A DNA stretch of 64,000 nucleotides from an uncultured delta proteobacterium. GTDB lineage: Bacteria; Myxococcota_A; Polyangia; Fen-1088. The position numbers and the translations under genes were made by a program. The notes beneath the pieces were generated by a model, which was given only the letters and a program-made list of their open reading frames with translations, was not told the origin of the DNA and did no database searches. How positions within the stretch are numbered: the first letter of the stretch is position 1; each line of letters opens with the position of its first letter. Below are positions 1-11,310 of this stretch, piece after piece. The stretch spans positions 320,001 to 384,000 of the forward strand of contig CAVYGB010000006.1 in the NCBI GenBank assembly GCA_963767925.1, in the 5' to 3' direction.

Positions 1-20
1 AGGAGGAGCAACATGTCGGA

Positions 21-614
21 TCAGCCGCCGCTGGCGACCTTGCGGAACCGGCGGGCCTCGTCGGGCGCCGAGAGCTGCAGGTAGGCGGCCGTCTCCTTGC
101 CCTGGCGGCCGAGCGGCGTCTCCCGCCCCGGCTCGACCTGCAGGCAGACCAGGGTGGGCCCCGGCGCCGCCAGGATGGCGGGCAGCTCGGCGGCGTAGCG
201 GGCGGGATCGTCGAAGGCGTAGGCCGAGGGGAACCCGGCCGCCCGGGCCATGCCCGCGAAGTCGACCCGCCGGGCGCCGGGGATGGGCTGGTTGCCCGTG
301 ATCTCGTAGGTGTCGTTCTGGATCACGAACAGCACCAGGTTGCGCGCGCCGTTGGCGACGGCGGTGACCAGGGTCCCCAGCGTCATCAACATGCTGCCGT
401 CGCCGTTGAGGCAGACCACCTTCCGCTCGGGGCGGGCCAGGGCGATGCCCACCGCGAGGTCGGCGGCGTGCCCCATGGCGCTGTCGGCCGAGGCGAAGTC
501 GAGGGGGTGGGTCGAGTGGGCGGCCCAGGGGCGCACCATGCCCATCGTCGTCACCACCACCTCGTCGCGGCGGTTGGCGGCCAGCGGCGCCAGGACCTGG
601 TCCTTGGTCATCAT
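21..614 (-). CDS. TPP-dependent decarboxylase beta subunit (sulfopyruvate/phosphonopyruvate decarboxylase-like, ComE-like)
   Basis: TPP-binding motif GDGS...(24 aa)...ND; SAMGHA motif; directly downstream of an alpha-subunit-like gene. Confidence 0.8.
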   Translation of the reverse strand: MMTKDQVLAPLAANRRDEVVVTTMGMVRPWAAHSTHPLDFASADSAMGHAADLAVGIALARPERKVVCLNGDGSMLMTLGTLVTAVANGARNLVLFVIQNDTYEITGNQPIPGARRVDFAGMARAAGFPSAYAFDDPARYAAELPAILAAPGPTLVCLQVEPGRETPLGRQGKETAAYLQLSAPDEARRFRKVASGG

Positions 615-645
615 CGTTGCCTCGCTCGTCGTCTCGCGTGGCCGC

Positions 646-1182
646 TCATCGGGTGTCTCCGGTGATGAGGGCGGCCACCGGCGCTTGCAGCGTGCGGGCC
701 CGCTCGAACACCGTCACCAGCCGGGGCAGGTCCTCGTCCCCGTGGACGAAGTCGTGGTTCAGGCCCCAGGCGCGCAGGGTCGGCTCGGTCATCGGGCCGA
801 TCGAGTCGACCTCCGACCGGCTCAGCATCTCGGGGTCGGGCGCGGGTGGGGCCTGCCCGAACAGCTTCATCATCTTGGCGTAGCCCCGATAGGTCACCAG
901 GCAGGGCAGCGGGATGCGCATGCGCATGGCGGTCCCCCGGAAGGCGTCGCCGCTCTCGAGCAGGCCGGTGTTCTGGATCAGCAGGATCGGCTGGCGGCCG
1001 CCCATCCACAGGCCGCAGGCCAGGGAGAAGGCCTCACCCTCCCGGGTGACCGGCCGGACCGCGATGGCGGCGTCGCGCTCGAGCAGCGTGTACAGCGCCG
1101 CCGAGGAGTTGTCGGGCACGCCGACGACGTCGGTGACCGACTCGCGGTGGAGGATGTCGACGATGGATGAGGCGCTCAACAT
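646..1182 (-). CDS. TPP-dependent decarboxylase alpha subunit (ComD-like)
   Basis: VVGVPD, TREGEA and IQNTGL motifs of the N-terminal PYR domain; start trimmed to ATG at 1182. Confidence 0.75.
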   Translation of the reverse strand: MLSASSIVDILHRESVTDVVGVPDNSSAALYTLLERDAAIAVRPVTREGEAFSLACGLWMGGRQPILLIQNTGLLESGDAFRGTAMRMRIPLPCLVTYRGYAKMMKLFGQAPPAPDPEMLSRSEVDSIGPMTEPTLRAWGLNHDFVHGDEDLPRLVTVFERARTLQAPVAALITGDTR

Positions 1183-1294
1183 GACGCGTTCGCAGGACCG
1201 CGGCCGCTCCGAGCGCGGCAAGATAACATGGACGCCCGGGACGGTGTAATGTCCGCCCCCTCTTTCGCCCTCTCCTCGCAGGACCGACCCCGCC

Positions 1295-2527
1295 ATGGCC
1301 AAGATCAACTCGAACTACCAGAAGCTGCAGCCGAGCTACCTCTTCTCCGACATCGCCAAGCGCGTGCGCGCTTTCACCGAGCAGAACCCGAGCGCCGCCG
1401 TGATCCGGCTGGGCATCGGCGACGTCGTGTTGCCCCTGCCCCCGCCGATCGTCGAGGCCCTCAAGGCCGGCGCCGACGAGATGGGGCGCCGCGAGACCTT
1501 CGCCGGCTACGGCCCCGAGCAGGGCTACGACTTCCTGCGGACGGCCGTCGCCGCCCAGTACGTCGGCCAGGGCGCCCAGGTGGCGGCCGACGAGGTGTTC
1601 GTCTCCGACGGCTCCAAGTGCGACTCCGGCAACATGCAGGAGATCTTCGCCACCGACAGCGTCGTCGCCGTGACCGACCCGGTCTACCCGGTCTACGTCG
1701 ACACGAACGTCATGGCCGGCCGCACCGGGACCGCCGACGCAAGCGGCCGCTACAGCGGCCTGGTCTACCTGCCCACCACCGCCGAAAACGGCTTCGATCC
1801 GCCGCTGCCCGACCGGAAGGTCGACCTCATCTACCTCTGCTCGCCCAACAACCCGACCGGGGCGGTGCTCTCGCGCGCCTCGCTCACCCGCTGGATCGAC
1901 TACGCCCGCCAGCAGGAGGCGATCATCCTGTTCGACGCGGCCTACGAGGCGTTCATCCGCGAGCCGGGGCAGGTCCACAGCATCTACGAGCTGCCGGGGG
2001 CCCGCGAGGTGGCCATCGAGTTCCGCAGCCTGTCGAAGACGGCGGGCTTCACCGGCACCCGCTGCGCCTGGACGGTCATCCCCAAGGAGGTCGCCGCCCG
2101 CAACGACCAGGGCGAGCGGGTCCCCCTGCAGAACCTGTGGAACCGCCGCCACACAACCAAGTTCAACGGGGTCAGCTACCCCATCCAGAAGGCCGCTCTG
2201 GCGGTCTTCCAGCCGGAGGGCCGCGCCGCGGTCGAGGCCAACGTCGCCTATTACATGGAGAACGCGCGCATCATCCGCGAGGGGCTGAGCAAGGCCGGCT
2301 ACGTGGTCAACGGCGGCGTCAACGCCCCCTACATCTGGGTGCGCACCCCGGGCGGCCTGTCCTCCTGGGCCTTCTTCGACAAGCTGCTCAGCCAGGCCCA
2401 CGTGGTCGGCACGCCCGGCTCCGGCTTCGGGAGCTGTGGCGAGGGCTACTTCCGCCTCTCCGCCTTCGGCGTGCGCGAGAACGTCGAGGAGGCCGTGCGC
2501 CGCATCCAGACCCGCCTGCCCGCCTAG
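1295..2527 (+). CDS. dapL: LL-diaminopimelate aminotransferase
   Basis: [34 protein letters not shown] (PLP lysine) and TPGSGFG motifs. Confidence 0.95.
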   Translation: MAKINSNYQKLQPSYLFSDIAKRVRAFTEQNPSAAVIRLGIGDVVLPLPPPIVEALKAGADEMGRRETFAGYGPEQGYDFLRTAVAAQYVGQGAQVAADEVFVSDGSKCDSGNMQEIFATDSVVAVTDPVYPVYVDTNVMAGRTGTADASGRYSGLVYLPTTAENGFDPPLPDRKVDLIYLCSPNNPTGAVLSRASLTRWIDYARQQEAIILFDAAYEAFIREPGQVHSIYELPGAREVAIEFRSLSKTAGFTGTRCAWTVIPKEVAARNDQGERVPLQNLWNRRHTTKFNGVSYPIQKAALAVFQPEGRAAVEANVAYYMENARIIREGLSKAGYVVNGGVNAPYIWVRTPGGLSSWAFFDKLLSQAHVVGTPGSGFGSCGEGYFRLSAFGVRENVEEAVRRIQTRLPA

Positions 2528-2577
2528 GTATTTCTACATATGGGAGGCCAGGGCCTTCCTGACCGACATTCGGGAGC

Positions 2578-4311
2578 GTGACACCGACCTCCGACTGTCC
2601 TGCTCGCGCGTCAACCTCCGGCCGTCCCGCGCGCGGCGCGATCCGCGGGACCGGCGCCCTGCCCCGGGCCTGCGCCTCCGCCCTGCTCCTCGCGCTCGCC
2701 GGCTGCTCGGACAGGGCCGACCCGACCGCGCCCGCGGACCCGCTCCCGCCGACAGGGCCGCAGGTGGCTCCCCCGATCGCGCCGCCCGTCACGCCGCCGG
2801 CCTCCCCACCCTTTCCGCTCCGGCCGACCCCGTTCCGGACGGTCCTCTCCAACTTCGGCGCCGACGCCGCGCCGCTGGTGCGCTTCGACGTCGGCGGCAA
2901 CGCCCTCGACGCCCACGAGGGACACCTGCAGCACTTCGACGACACCTATTACCTGTACGGCACCAGCTACGACTGCGGGTTCACCTGGCAGGAGCGGGGG
3001 ACCCCCTTCTGCGGCTTCAAGGTCTACAGCTCGACCGACCTCGTCCACTGGACCGATCGCGGCTTCCTGTTCGATGCCCGCACCCCGACCTGGCAGTCTC
3101 GCTGCGACGGCGCGACCTTCGGCTGCTACCGGCCCCACGTCGTCCACAACGCGAAGACCGGGCAATACGTCCTCTGGATCAACGGCTACGACGTCGGCGT
3201 CGGCTTCCACGTCTTCCAGAGCAAGAGTCCGGTCGGCCCCTTCGTCGAGGTCGCCGCGCCCACGCTGGCGGTGAACCAGGGCCTGCCGCCCGGGGTGAAC
3301 AACGGCGACCACGCCCTGTTCGTCGACGGCGACCAGCAGGCCTACCTCGTCTACACCGACTGGAAGCGCCAGGGGGACCTCGTGGTCGAGGAGCTCGACG
3401 GGGCGTACCTGACCGGCAGCGGCCGCTTCACCCGGCTGGGCCTCAGCGGCCGCGAGGGGCCGGCCCTGTTTCAGCGGGGGGACCATTACTATCTCACCTT
3501 CACCGATCACGACTGCGCGGCCTGCGCCACCGGCACGGCTTATTTGCGGGCCAGCCACCCGCTGGGCCCCTGGGCCCGCCCCACCGGCGGCGGCCCCAGC
3601 ACCATCAGCGCCAGCTCCTGCGGTGGCCCCTCGGCGGCGGTCACGGCCGTCCCCACCACCGCAGGGCCGGCCTTCCTGTTACAGAGCGACCTCTGGAAGC
3701 CGGGGGACCGGAGCCAGGCGCTCTCCCACCACTTCTGGGGCCCCCTCTCCTTCACCAGCGACGGCGCCATCGAGCCCCTGCGCTGCGAGCCCTCGGTCGA
3801 GCTCGACCTGGCGGCCGGCAAGCCGGGCGCCCTCGAGCCCGCCAGCGGCGTCGACCAGACGACCGGCCGGGAGGGCTTCCGCCTGCAATGTGACATCGGC
3901 GCGCGCGAGCGGCTGCAGACCTTCACCGCCGGCCGGAGCGGGCCGCTGAGCCGGATCGGGATAACCACCTTCGCCATGGGATCGCCGGGGGGCGATCTGG
4001 TGCTGCAGCTCGTGGCGATCGACGCCGACGGCCTGCCCGGCGCGACGCTGGCCACCAGCGCGGTGCCGGGAAACCGGGTGGGGCGCTCGGCGCGCGAGAT
4101 CGCGTTCGAGCTGGCCGACGTCACCCTGGTGGCGGGCCAGCGCTACGGCTTCGTGTTGCGGACCACGCTCGAGGGCGAGGGCTGCTACGGGTTCGCCTAT
4201 CGCGACGACGGGGCCTACCCCCGGGGCGAACATCTGGTGAGCGAGGACGAGGGCGCGAGCTGGAACGTCCAGGACCTGCGCACCCTCAAGTTCAGCACGA
4301 CCATGCCCTGA
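2578..4311 (+). CDS. GH43-family glycoside hydrolase lipoprotein with C-terminal accessory domain
   Basis: Lipobox LAGC; DAHEG, YYLYG, YSSTDLVHW, RPHVV, LFVDGD and REGP five-bladed-propeller motifs; exact start uncertain. Confidence 0.75.
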   Translation: MTPTSDCPARASTSGRPARGAIRGTGALPRACASALLLALAGCSDRADPTAPADPLPPTGPQVAPPIAPPVTPPASPPFPLRPTPFRTVLSNFGADAAPLVRFDVGGNALDAHEGHLQHFDDTYYLYGTSYDCGFTWQERGTPFCGFKVYSSTDLVHWTDRGFLFDARTPTWQSRCDGATFGCYRPHVVHNAKTGQYVLWINGYDVGVGFHVFQSKSPVGPFVEVAAPTLAVNQGLPPGVNNGDHALFVDGDQQAYLVYTDWKRQGDLVVEELDGAYLTGSGRFTRLGLSGREGPALFQRGDHYYLTFTDHDCAACATGTAYLRASHPLGPWARPTGGGPSTISASSCGGPSAAVTAVPTTAGPAFLLQSDLWKPGDRSQALSHHFWGPLSFTSDGAIEPLRCEPSVELDLAAGKPGALEPASGVDQTTGREGFRLQCDIGARERLQTFTAGRSGPLSRIGITTFAMGSPGGDLVLQLVAIDADGLPGATLATSAVPGNRVGRSAREIAFELADVTLVAGQRYGFVLRTTLEGEGCYGFAYRDDGAYPRGEHLVSEDEGASWNVQDLRTLKFSTTMP

Positions 4312-4325
4312 GCGGCCGCGGCGCC

Positions 4326-4802
4326 CTACTTCAGGGAGACCTGGCCGCTGGCGTAGGGGACGAACTTGTTCTTCAGGATCTGGCCCACGTTGATGAGGTA
4401 GGTGCGGCCCTTGTTGAAGCCGAGATCGGGCGACAGCTCGTAGCTGCTCTGGAACACGACCGCCGGGCTCTCGAGGGTGGGTGAATACTGGTCGACGATG
4501 TTCTTGCGATCGGTGCTCTCGAAGAACTGGACCGTCATGGGACCCTTGAGGGCCGGCTTCTTGAACACCGCCAGGTAGTGGATGACCCAGGGGCCGTCCT
4601 TCACCTTGGCGGTGATCTCGGCGCCCGGCTTCTTGTCGGCCAGGTAGGCGCCCAGCTTGGCCCCCTCGGTGGCGGGGAAAACCTCCTCCTGCACCCAGAC
4701 CTTGCCGCCGTGGGGCCGCGCCAGCCCAGCGTTGGGATCGGCCGCCCGCGCCGGCACCCCCACCGCGACGACGAACAACGACAAGCACACGACAAGTTTC
4801 AT
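4326..4802 (-). CDS. Secreted hypothetical protein
   Basis: Signal peptide ending in ARA; GC3-biased codon use; no recognised domain. Confidence 0.7.
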   Translation of the reverse strand: MKLVVCLSLFVVAVGVPARAADPNAGLARPHGGKVWVQEEVFPATEGAKLGAYLADKKPGAEITAKVKDGPWVIHYLAVFKKPALKGPMTVQFFESTDRKNIVDQYSPTLESPAVVFQSSYELSPDLGFNKGRTYLINVGQILKNKFVPYASGQVSLK

Positions 4803-4924
4803 GGCAGCACCCCCGATTTACCGGGAGCATATCCCTCGCGATCACCCTCGAGCAAACCTCCTGGCCGTCCTGGCCGGGGCCCTGTACGCTCCTTGGGATC
4901 CGTATCTGTTCGGGGAGGTAGCCC

Positions 4925-7772
4925 ATGTCACGCAGCAGCCCCCTTCTCGCGCTGGTCCTCGGCGCAGGTTGTGTCACCGCAGCGGCGGACCGGGCCAGTC
5001 CCCGGACGGCCGCCCCTTCACCGGCGCTGCTCGAAGCCCGGGCCCGGGCGGCGACGACCACCCCGGCCCCCGCCGCCGCGGCCAGCGTCGCCCCGCCAGC
5101 GGGCGGGACGGTCAAGGTCACCGCCGTCGAAGGGATCCACGAATACCGGCTGGCCAACGGCCTGAGGGTGCTCCTGTTCCCCGACGCCTCCAAGCCGACC
5201 CTCACCGTGAACCTCACGGTCTTCGTCGGCTCGCGCCACGAGGGCTACGGCGAGACCGGCATGGCCCACCTGCTGGAGCACATGGTCTTCAAGGGGACGC
5301 CCACCCACCCCGACATCTGGAAGCTGCTGCAGGACCGGGGCGCCCAGTTCAACGGCACCACCTGGTTCGACCGCACCAACTACTACGAGGAGCTGCCCGC
5401 CTCGCCCGAGAACCTGGAGTTCGCCCTGCGCCTCGAGGCCGACCGCATGGTGAACAGCACCATCGCCGCCGAGGAGCTGGCCAAGGAGTTCTCGGTCGTG
5501 CGCAACGAGTTCGAGATGGGGGAGAACAACCCCGCCGCGGTGCTCGAGGAGAAGATGTTCGCCGCCGCCTACCAGTGGCACAACTACGGCAAGAGCACCA
5601 TCGGCTCGCGCTCGCGACATCGAGCGGGTGCCGGTCGAGAACCTGCGGGCCTTCTACCGCCGCTTTTACCAGCCCGACAACGCCCTGCTGGTCGTGGCGG
5701 GCAAGTTCGACGAGGCCCAGGCGCTCGCCCTCACCGAGCGCACCTTCGGGGCCATCCCCCGGCCCACCCGCGCGCTCCCCGCCACCTGGACCGAGGAGCC
5801 GGTCCAGGACGGCGAGCGGGCGGTGCTGCTGCGCCGGAGCGGTGACGTCGCGGTGGTGGCCGCGCTCTACCACGCGGTGGCGGGCGCCGACCCGGACTGG
5901 AACGTGTTCAACGCCGTCAGCGACATCCTCACCAGCAAGCCCTCCGGCCGGCTGTACAAGGCCCTCGTCGAGAAGGGGCTGGCCAGCGAGGTCTTCGCCT
6001 CGTTTTACCCGACCACCGAGCCGGGGGCCCTGTTCGTGGGGGCCAAGGTCCGGCCCGGCGGCTCGCCCGAGAAGGTGCGCGACGCCCTCATCGCGGTGGT
6101 CGAGGAGCTGGGCCAGACGCCGGTCAGCGAGGCGGAGGTCGACCGCTGGCGGGCCCGATCGGTCAAGGAGTTCGAGCTGGCGCTCACCGAGACGGCCCGG
6201 GTGGGGGTGGAGCTGTCGGACTGGGCCGCGATGGGCGACTGGCGGCTGTTTTTCCTCACGCGCGATCGGCTCAAGGTGATCAAGGCGGCGGACGTCACCC
6301 GGGTGGCGAAGGCCTACCTGCTGCCGGCCAACCGGACGTCGGGCATGTTCCTGCCGACCAGGAGCCCCCTGCGCCCACCGGTGCCTGCCCGGGTGGACGT
6401 GGCCGCTCTGATGAAGGACTTCAAGAGCGAGGGGACCGTCAGCGAGGGCGAGGCCTTCGTGGCCAGCATCGAGACGGTGGAGAAGCGCACGCAGCGGCTG
6501 GCCCTGCCGGGCGGGCTCGAGCTGGCCTTCCTGCCGAAGAAGACCAAGGGGGCGGCGGTGCGGGTGGTGCTGACCCTGCGCTACGGCAGCGAGAAGGACC
6601 TGCAGGGACGGCGGACGGCGGCCAACGTGGTGCCGAACATGTTGCTGCGGGGGAGCAAGAAGCACAGCTTCCAGCAGCTCAAGGACGAGCTCGACCGCCT
6701 CAAGGCGGAGGTGCAGATCGGCAGCGGGCGCATGTCGGTCTCCTCGCCAGGCGAGCAGCGGGTGCGCATCAAGACGGTGCGCGAGCACCTGCCCGCGGTG
6801 TTGACCCTTGTCGCGGAGGTTTTGCGCGAGCCGGCCTTCCCCGCCCGGGAGTGGGAGACCCTGCGCAAGGAGTCCCTGGCTCGCCTCGAGGAGGAGCTGC
6901 AGGACCCCATGTCCAACGGGTTCCGGACGCTGCTGCAGAAGATCTTCCCTCAGTCCCCCAAAGACGTGCGCTACCTGCCGAGCGTGGCCGAGAGCATCGA
7001 CGAGCTCAAGCGCACCAAGCTGGCCGACGTGGCCCGCATCCACCGCGGCCTGTGGGGCATGAGCGCGGCCCAGCTCTCGATCGTCGGCGACTTCGATCCC
7101 GAGCCGACCAGGGCCCTGCTGCAGCAGCAGCTCGGCACCTGGAAGTCGCCCAGGCCCTACCAGCGGGTGACCCAGCCCTTCAAGGAGGGCAACAGCGAGA
7201 GCGCGGTGATCAACACGCCCGACAAGCAGATGGCCATGGCGGCGGTCGGCCAGCCCCTCGAGGTGCGCGACGACGACCCCGACTACCCGGCCCTGCTGCT
7301 CATCAACCACATCCTGGGCGGCAGCTCCAGCTCGCGCCTGATGGGCCGTTTGCGGCAGAAGGAGGGCCTCTCGTACGGGACCTTCTCCCAGATCAACGCC
7401 CGGCCCGAGGACAAGACGGGCCTGTTCTTCGCCGCCGCCCTGTGCGCCCCCCAGAATACCGACAAGGCCATGACCGCCATCCTCGAGGAGATCGACCGGC
7501 TCCTGCGCGAGGACGTGCCCGCCGCCGAGCTGGCCGACGCCAAGCGCAGCTACGCCGCCGGCTGGGACAGCCGCATGGCCGAGGACGACTTCGTGGCCGA
7601 CGAGCTGGTTCAGGGCCTGTACCTCGACCGCTCGTTCGAGCACTGGCGCAAGATCAACGAGCGGATCCAGAGCCTGACCGCCGCCGAGGTGCAGGCGGTG
7701 GCCCGCAAGCACCTCAAGCCCGACAAGCTGGCCCGGGTCCGGGCCGGCGACCTGGCCAAGAAGTCCTCCTGA
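4925..7772 (+). CDS. M16 family zinc peptidase (insulinase/PqqL-like) lipoprotein, one frameshift at ~5615
   Basis: HLLEH motif and [11 protein letters not shown]; removing one base near 5615 restores [18 protein letters not shown] and joins ORFs 4925..5845 and 5628..7772. Confidence 0.85.
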
Positions 7773-7778
7773 CGCCGC

Positions 7779-9048
7779 GTGACTGGCATCCCCACCAACC
7801 GCTCTATCCAGCCCGGCGCCGTTGGCCGGAAGACCCGGGTCCTGCTCGGGACGGCGGTCGCGCTGGCCTGCGCCTGCCGCTCGGAGCCGCCGGCGCCTCC
7901 GCCCGAGCGCCCGCCTCCCGCCACGACGACCTCGCCGGACACCGGGGTGGCCGGCAATCCACCGGCGGCCGTTGCGCCCGGGCGGGCGGCGAGCCCGGCC
8001 GGCGCACCCGAGCCGAAGATCCCGCCCAGGAAGGCACCGGGCGGAGCGAGTGCGCCCCGGGCCAGCGCGCCCGATGCGCGGGCGCCCGGTGGCAAGCCCG
8101 AGAGCCGGGCCGCGGCCGGCAAATCACCGCCAGGAAAGAGCCCCGCCGCGGCAGCGGCCGCCGGCAAGGGCGAGGGCCCGGACGCCGGGGCGCGAGCCGC
8201 CGCGGCGGGAGCGGAATCCGGTGCCGACGAGGGCCCCGCTCGCCAGGCAACGGTCATCCCCGACGAGCTGCTGGCCGAGACCGCTCAGCCCAGACGCCTC
8301 CCCGGTGGCGCGGACGCCGGTGTCCGGACCCGCGAGGTCGGGCTCGGGCGGACCGTCGCCCTCGGCCGAGGACCTGCCGGCCGCCCGGCCAGCCCGCAGC
8401 GGGAGCGTGGCGGACCCCGAGCCGACCGAGCGCGGGGGCCTGCCCATCCCGGGCGCCGATATCACCTTCCAGTCGTCGCGGGTACGGCGGTTCCTCGATT
8501 CAGGTGGCGCCAGCCTGGACGGGAAGGTGCTCGATGCCGATAGTGGTAAGGCCGTGGCGGGAGCGGACATCGAAGCCTGGATGGGCACCAAGTCGGTCGA
8601 GGCCGAGACCGACGAGCTCGGGCGCTTCCGGTTCGAGGGCCTGGTCCCCGGCTCGCAGCTCCGCCTCTGGATCACCTCCGCCCCCACCTACGTGCAGGAA
8701 CGAACCGAGGTGGCGGTGCCCGGGCAGGCCAGCGGGTTTACCGGGACCTTCCGGCTGCTGAGCAAGGCGGTGCAGCCCGGCCCGGTCGACGGCGGCGCGG
8801 GACTGTTCCTCACCCGGCGTGGCTCGCGCACCATCGTCACCGGCCTGGCCGCGTTCGGCCCCGCCGAACGGGCGGGGATCCTGGTCGGCGATGCCGTCGT
8901 CGGCGTGGGCCGGCGCAAGGTCGGCGATCTGGGGCCGGGCGCGATCGACTACCTGCTCCGCGGCGCCATCGGCAGCGAGCTCACGCTGTCGGTGCAGACC
9001 GGATCGGCGCCGGCCCGCCAGGTCGTGGTAAGGAGGTCGGCCCGATGA
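7779..9048 (+). CDS. Pro/Ala-rich lipoprotein with carboxypeptidase-regulatory-like and PDZ domains, frameshift at ~8280
   Basis: Lipobox-like ALACAC in frame 7779; GKVLDADSGKAVAGA...TDELGRFRF and PDZ-like GPAERAGILVGD...LRGAIGSELTL in frame 7822. Confidence 0.6.
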
Positions 9049-9605
9049 AGCGCACCCTGGTCCTCGGCTCGGCGATCTTTCCTTCGGCGCTGGCGCTCGC
9101 CCTGCTCGCCGCCGGTTGCTCGACCTCGCGGCCCGCGCCTCCTGCCGCCACGCCGGTCGAGCCGGCGCGGATGATCGCCCCGCCCGCCCCGGCGACGCCG
9201 CCGCCCGAGAGCGCGGTGCCGCCCGCGACGCCCGAGGCACCGCCCACGCCGCCGGTGCCCCCCACCCCGCCCGTGCCCCCGTCGCCGCCCGCGCCCGACA
9301 AACCTCCGGCGGCGGCCCGCGGGCAAACCAAGCCCTGCGCGACCACGCAGCAGTGTGGACCGGGGCAGCTCTGCACCGTGGAGACGGGAGACTGCAACCG
9401 ACCGCCGGGCTGCGGGCCCAACGACATCTGTCCCATGATGTGCTGGGGCCACTGCGCCAGGCGGGCCGGGGCGCGGGCCGCCGTCGTCTGCGGCAAGAAG
9501 ACCTGCCCGACGGGTCAGGTCTGCTGCAACCCGAGCTGCGGAATCTGCACGCCGCCGGGTGGCTTTTGCACCAAGCAGCTCTGCGACGACGGCGCTGCGC
9601 CGTAA
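9045..9605 (+). CDS. Pro-rich, Cys-rich lipoprotein
   Basis: Lipobox AAGC, proline linker, Cys-rich C-terminus (CCNPSCGICTPPGGFC); ATGA overlap with upstream stop. Confidence 0.7.
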   Translation: MKRTLVLGSAIFPSALALALLAAGCSTSRPAPPAATPVEPARMIAPPAPATPPPESAVPPATPEAPPTPPVPPTPPVPPSPPAPDKPPAAARGQTKPCATTQQCGPGQLCTVETGDCNRPPGCGPNDICPMMCWGHCARRAGARAAVVCGKKTCPTGQVCCNPSCGICTPPGGFCTKQLCDDGAAP

Positions 9606-9748
9606 AGCCGCCGCGCGGCCGGCCTTGATTGGCCGAAGCGGCCTTTCAAGATCAGGTCCGCCATGGGGGTCCTTGTGGGTGCCGCCGCTCTTTCGGCGAA
9701 AGGGTGGTCAACGTTTCCACACGGTCAGGCGGTAATCAACTCGTGTCT

Positions 9749-10759
9749 TTGACGAGGCGCGGCCTGCTGTCCTTGTCGCGGCCGCAGGCGGCCGCGACAG
9801 GCGGAGGGTACTGGCTGCACATCTCCCGGCGGGCGATGGCGTGCAAGTTCGAGGTCACCTTGCCCTCCGAGCTGGCCGAGAAGATGGACGAGGCCACCGC
9901 CGCGCTCGACACGGTCGACGAGATCGAGGACGAGCTGACCATCTTCCGCAGCTCGAGCGCGCTCGCCCGCATCAACCGCGACGCCGCCGATCAGCCGGTC
10001 GCCGTCGGCGAGGACCTGTTCGCCCTGCTGGCGCTCTGCCAGCGGCTGCACCGGGCGACCGCCGGCGCCTTCGACATCACCTCGACCCCCCTGTCCCGGG
10101 CCTGGGGCTTTCTCAAGCGCGAGGGCCGCCGCCCCACCGACGCCGAGCTGGCGGACGCGCGGGCCCGGGTGGGCATGCAACACGTGGCCCTCGATCCGGC
10201 GGCGCGTACGGTCCGCTTTCTCCGACCGGGCATGGCCCTCAACCTCGGCGCCATCGGAAAGGGCTATGCCCTCGACCGGGTGGGCGCGCAGCTTCTGCGC
10301 GCCGGCGTGTTCACCGCGCTCCTAACCGCGGGGGCCAGCAGCATCAAGTCGCTCGGCACTGGCCCCGACGAGACCGGGTTCAAGGTCGGTATCCGCGACC
10401 CGGCCGCGCACAAACGCCGGTTCGGCAGCTTGCTGCTCGCCGACCAGGCGCTGGGAGTCAGCGGCGCCGGAGAGCAGTTCTTCGAGGTGGACGGCAAGCG
10501 CTATGGCCACATCATCGATCCGCGCACCGGCTGGCCGGTCGAAGGCCGCGCCCTGGTGGCGGTGACGGCTCCGAGCGCCGCCCTGGCCGACGCGCTCGCC
10601 ACCGCGTTTTTCGTCGGCGGACGCGACGTGGCAGAGGCTTACATTCGTGAAAATTCTGATGTGAGTGCCGCCCTCATAGATACGTCACTTATGAATGGAA
10701 ATCGGCGTGCAATCGTTCTCGGTGAGGCTTTAGAGTGGAATCTCCCAAATGCTGCGTAA
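9749..10759 (+). CDS. apbE: FAD:protein FMN transferase (ApbE family)
   Basis: RAM, GAFDIT, LNLGAIGKGYA, HIIDPRTGWP and ADALATA motifs; start uncertain (TTG 9749 or GTG 9743). Confidence 0.88.
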   Translation: MTRRGLLSLSRPQAAATGGGYWLHISRRAMACKFEVTLPSELAEKMDEATAALDTVDEIEDELTIFRSSSALARINRDAADQPVAVGEDLFALLALCQRLHRATAGAFDITSTPLSRAWGFLKREGRRPTDAELADARARVGMQHVALDPAARTVRFLRPGMALNLGAIGKGYALDRVGAQLLRAGVFTALLTAGASSIKSLGTGPDETGFKVGIRDPAAHKRRFGSLLLADQALGVSGAGEQFFEVDGKRYGHIIDPRTGWPVEGRALVAVTAPSAALADALATAFFVGGRDVAEAYIRENSDVSAALIDTSLMNGNRRAIVLGEALEWNLPNAA

Positions 10760-11294
10760 TCCCATGACCGCATTGACCGCACTCCAGCAGACGACCCTGG
10801 TGCTGCTTCGCACCGTCATCGGCTGGCACTTCCTTTACGAGGGTTACTTCAAGTTCCGGCTCCCGGCCTGGACGCCCGACGGCCAGCCGCTCGCGGCCTG
10901 GACCTCGAACGGCTTCATCCGCGCCGCCACCGGACCGCTGGGCGGGCTGGCCCGCGCGACCGCCGAAGCGGGGCTGTTACCCTGGATCGATCGCGCGATC
11001 GTGTTCGGTCTGCTCGCGGTCGGCATCTCGCTGATCCTCGGTTTTCTCACCCGGGCGGGGTGTATCGGCGGGCTGCTCCTGCTGGCGATGTTTTACCTGA
11101 CCGCCATTCCCACCGCGGGTCTGCCCCAGACCGGCGCCGAGGGGACGTACCTGATCGTGAACAAGACGCTCATCGAGGGCCTGGCCGTGCTCGCGTTGCT
11201 CGCGTTCGACACCGGTCGCATCGCTGGACTGGACCGGTTCTGGGCAGAGCGCAGCTCCCGGCTCTATCCCTCCCCTTCTCTGCAGCGGCCCTGA
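10749..11294 (+). CDS. DoxX family membrane protein
   Basis: [31 protein letters not shown] and GLD motifs; about four transmembrane helices. Confidence 0.8.
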   Translation: MLRNPMTALTALQQTTLVLLRTVIGWHFLYEGYFKFRLPAWTPDGQPLAAWTSNGFIRAATGPLGGLARATAEAGLLPWIDRAIVFGLLAVGISLILGFLTRAGCIGGLLLLAMFYLTAIPTAGLPQTGAEGTYLIVNKTLIEGLAVLALLAFDTGRIAGLDRFWAERSSRLYPSPSLQRP

Positions 11295-11310
11295 CATAAA
11301 GGAATCGACC

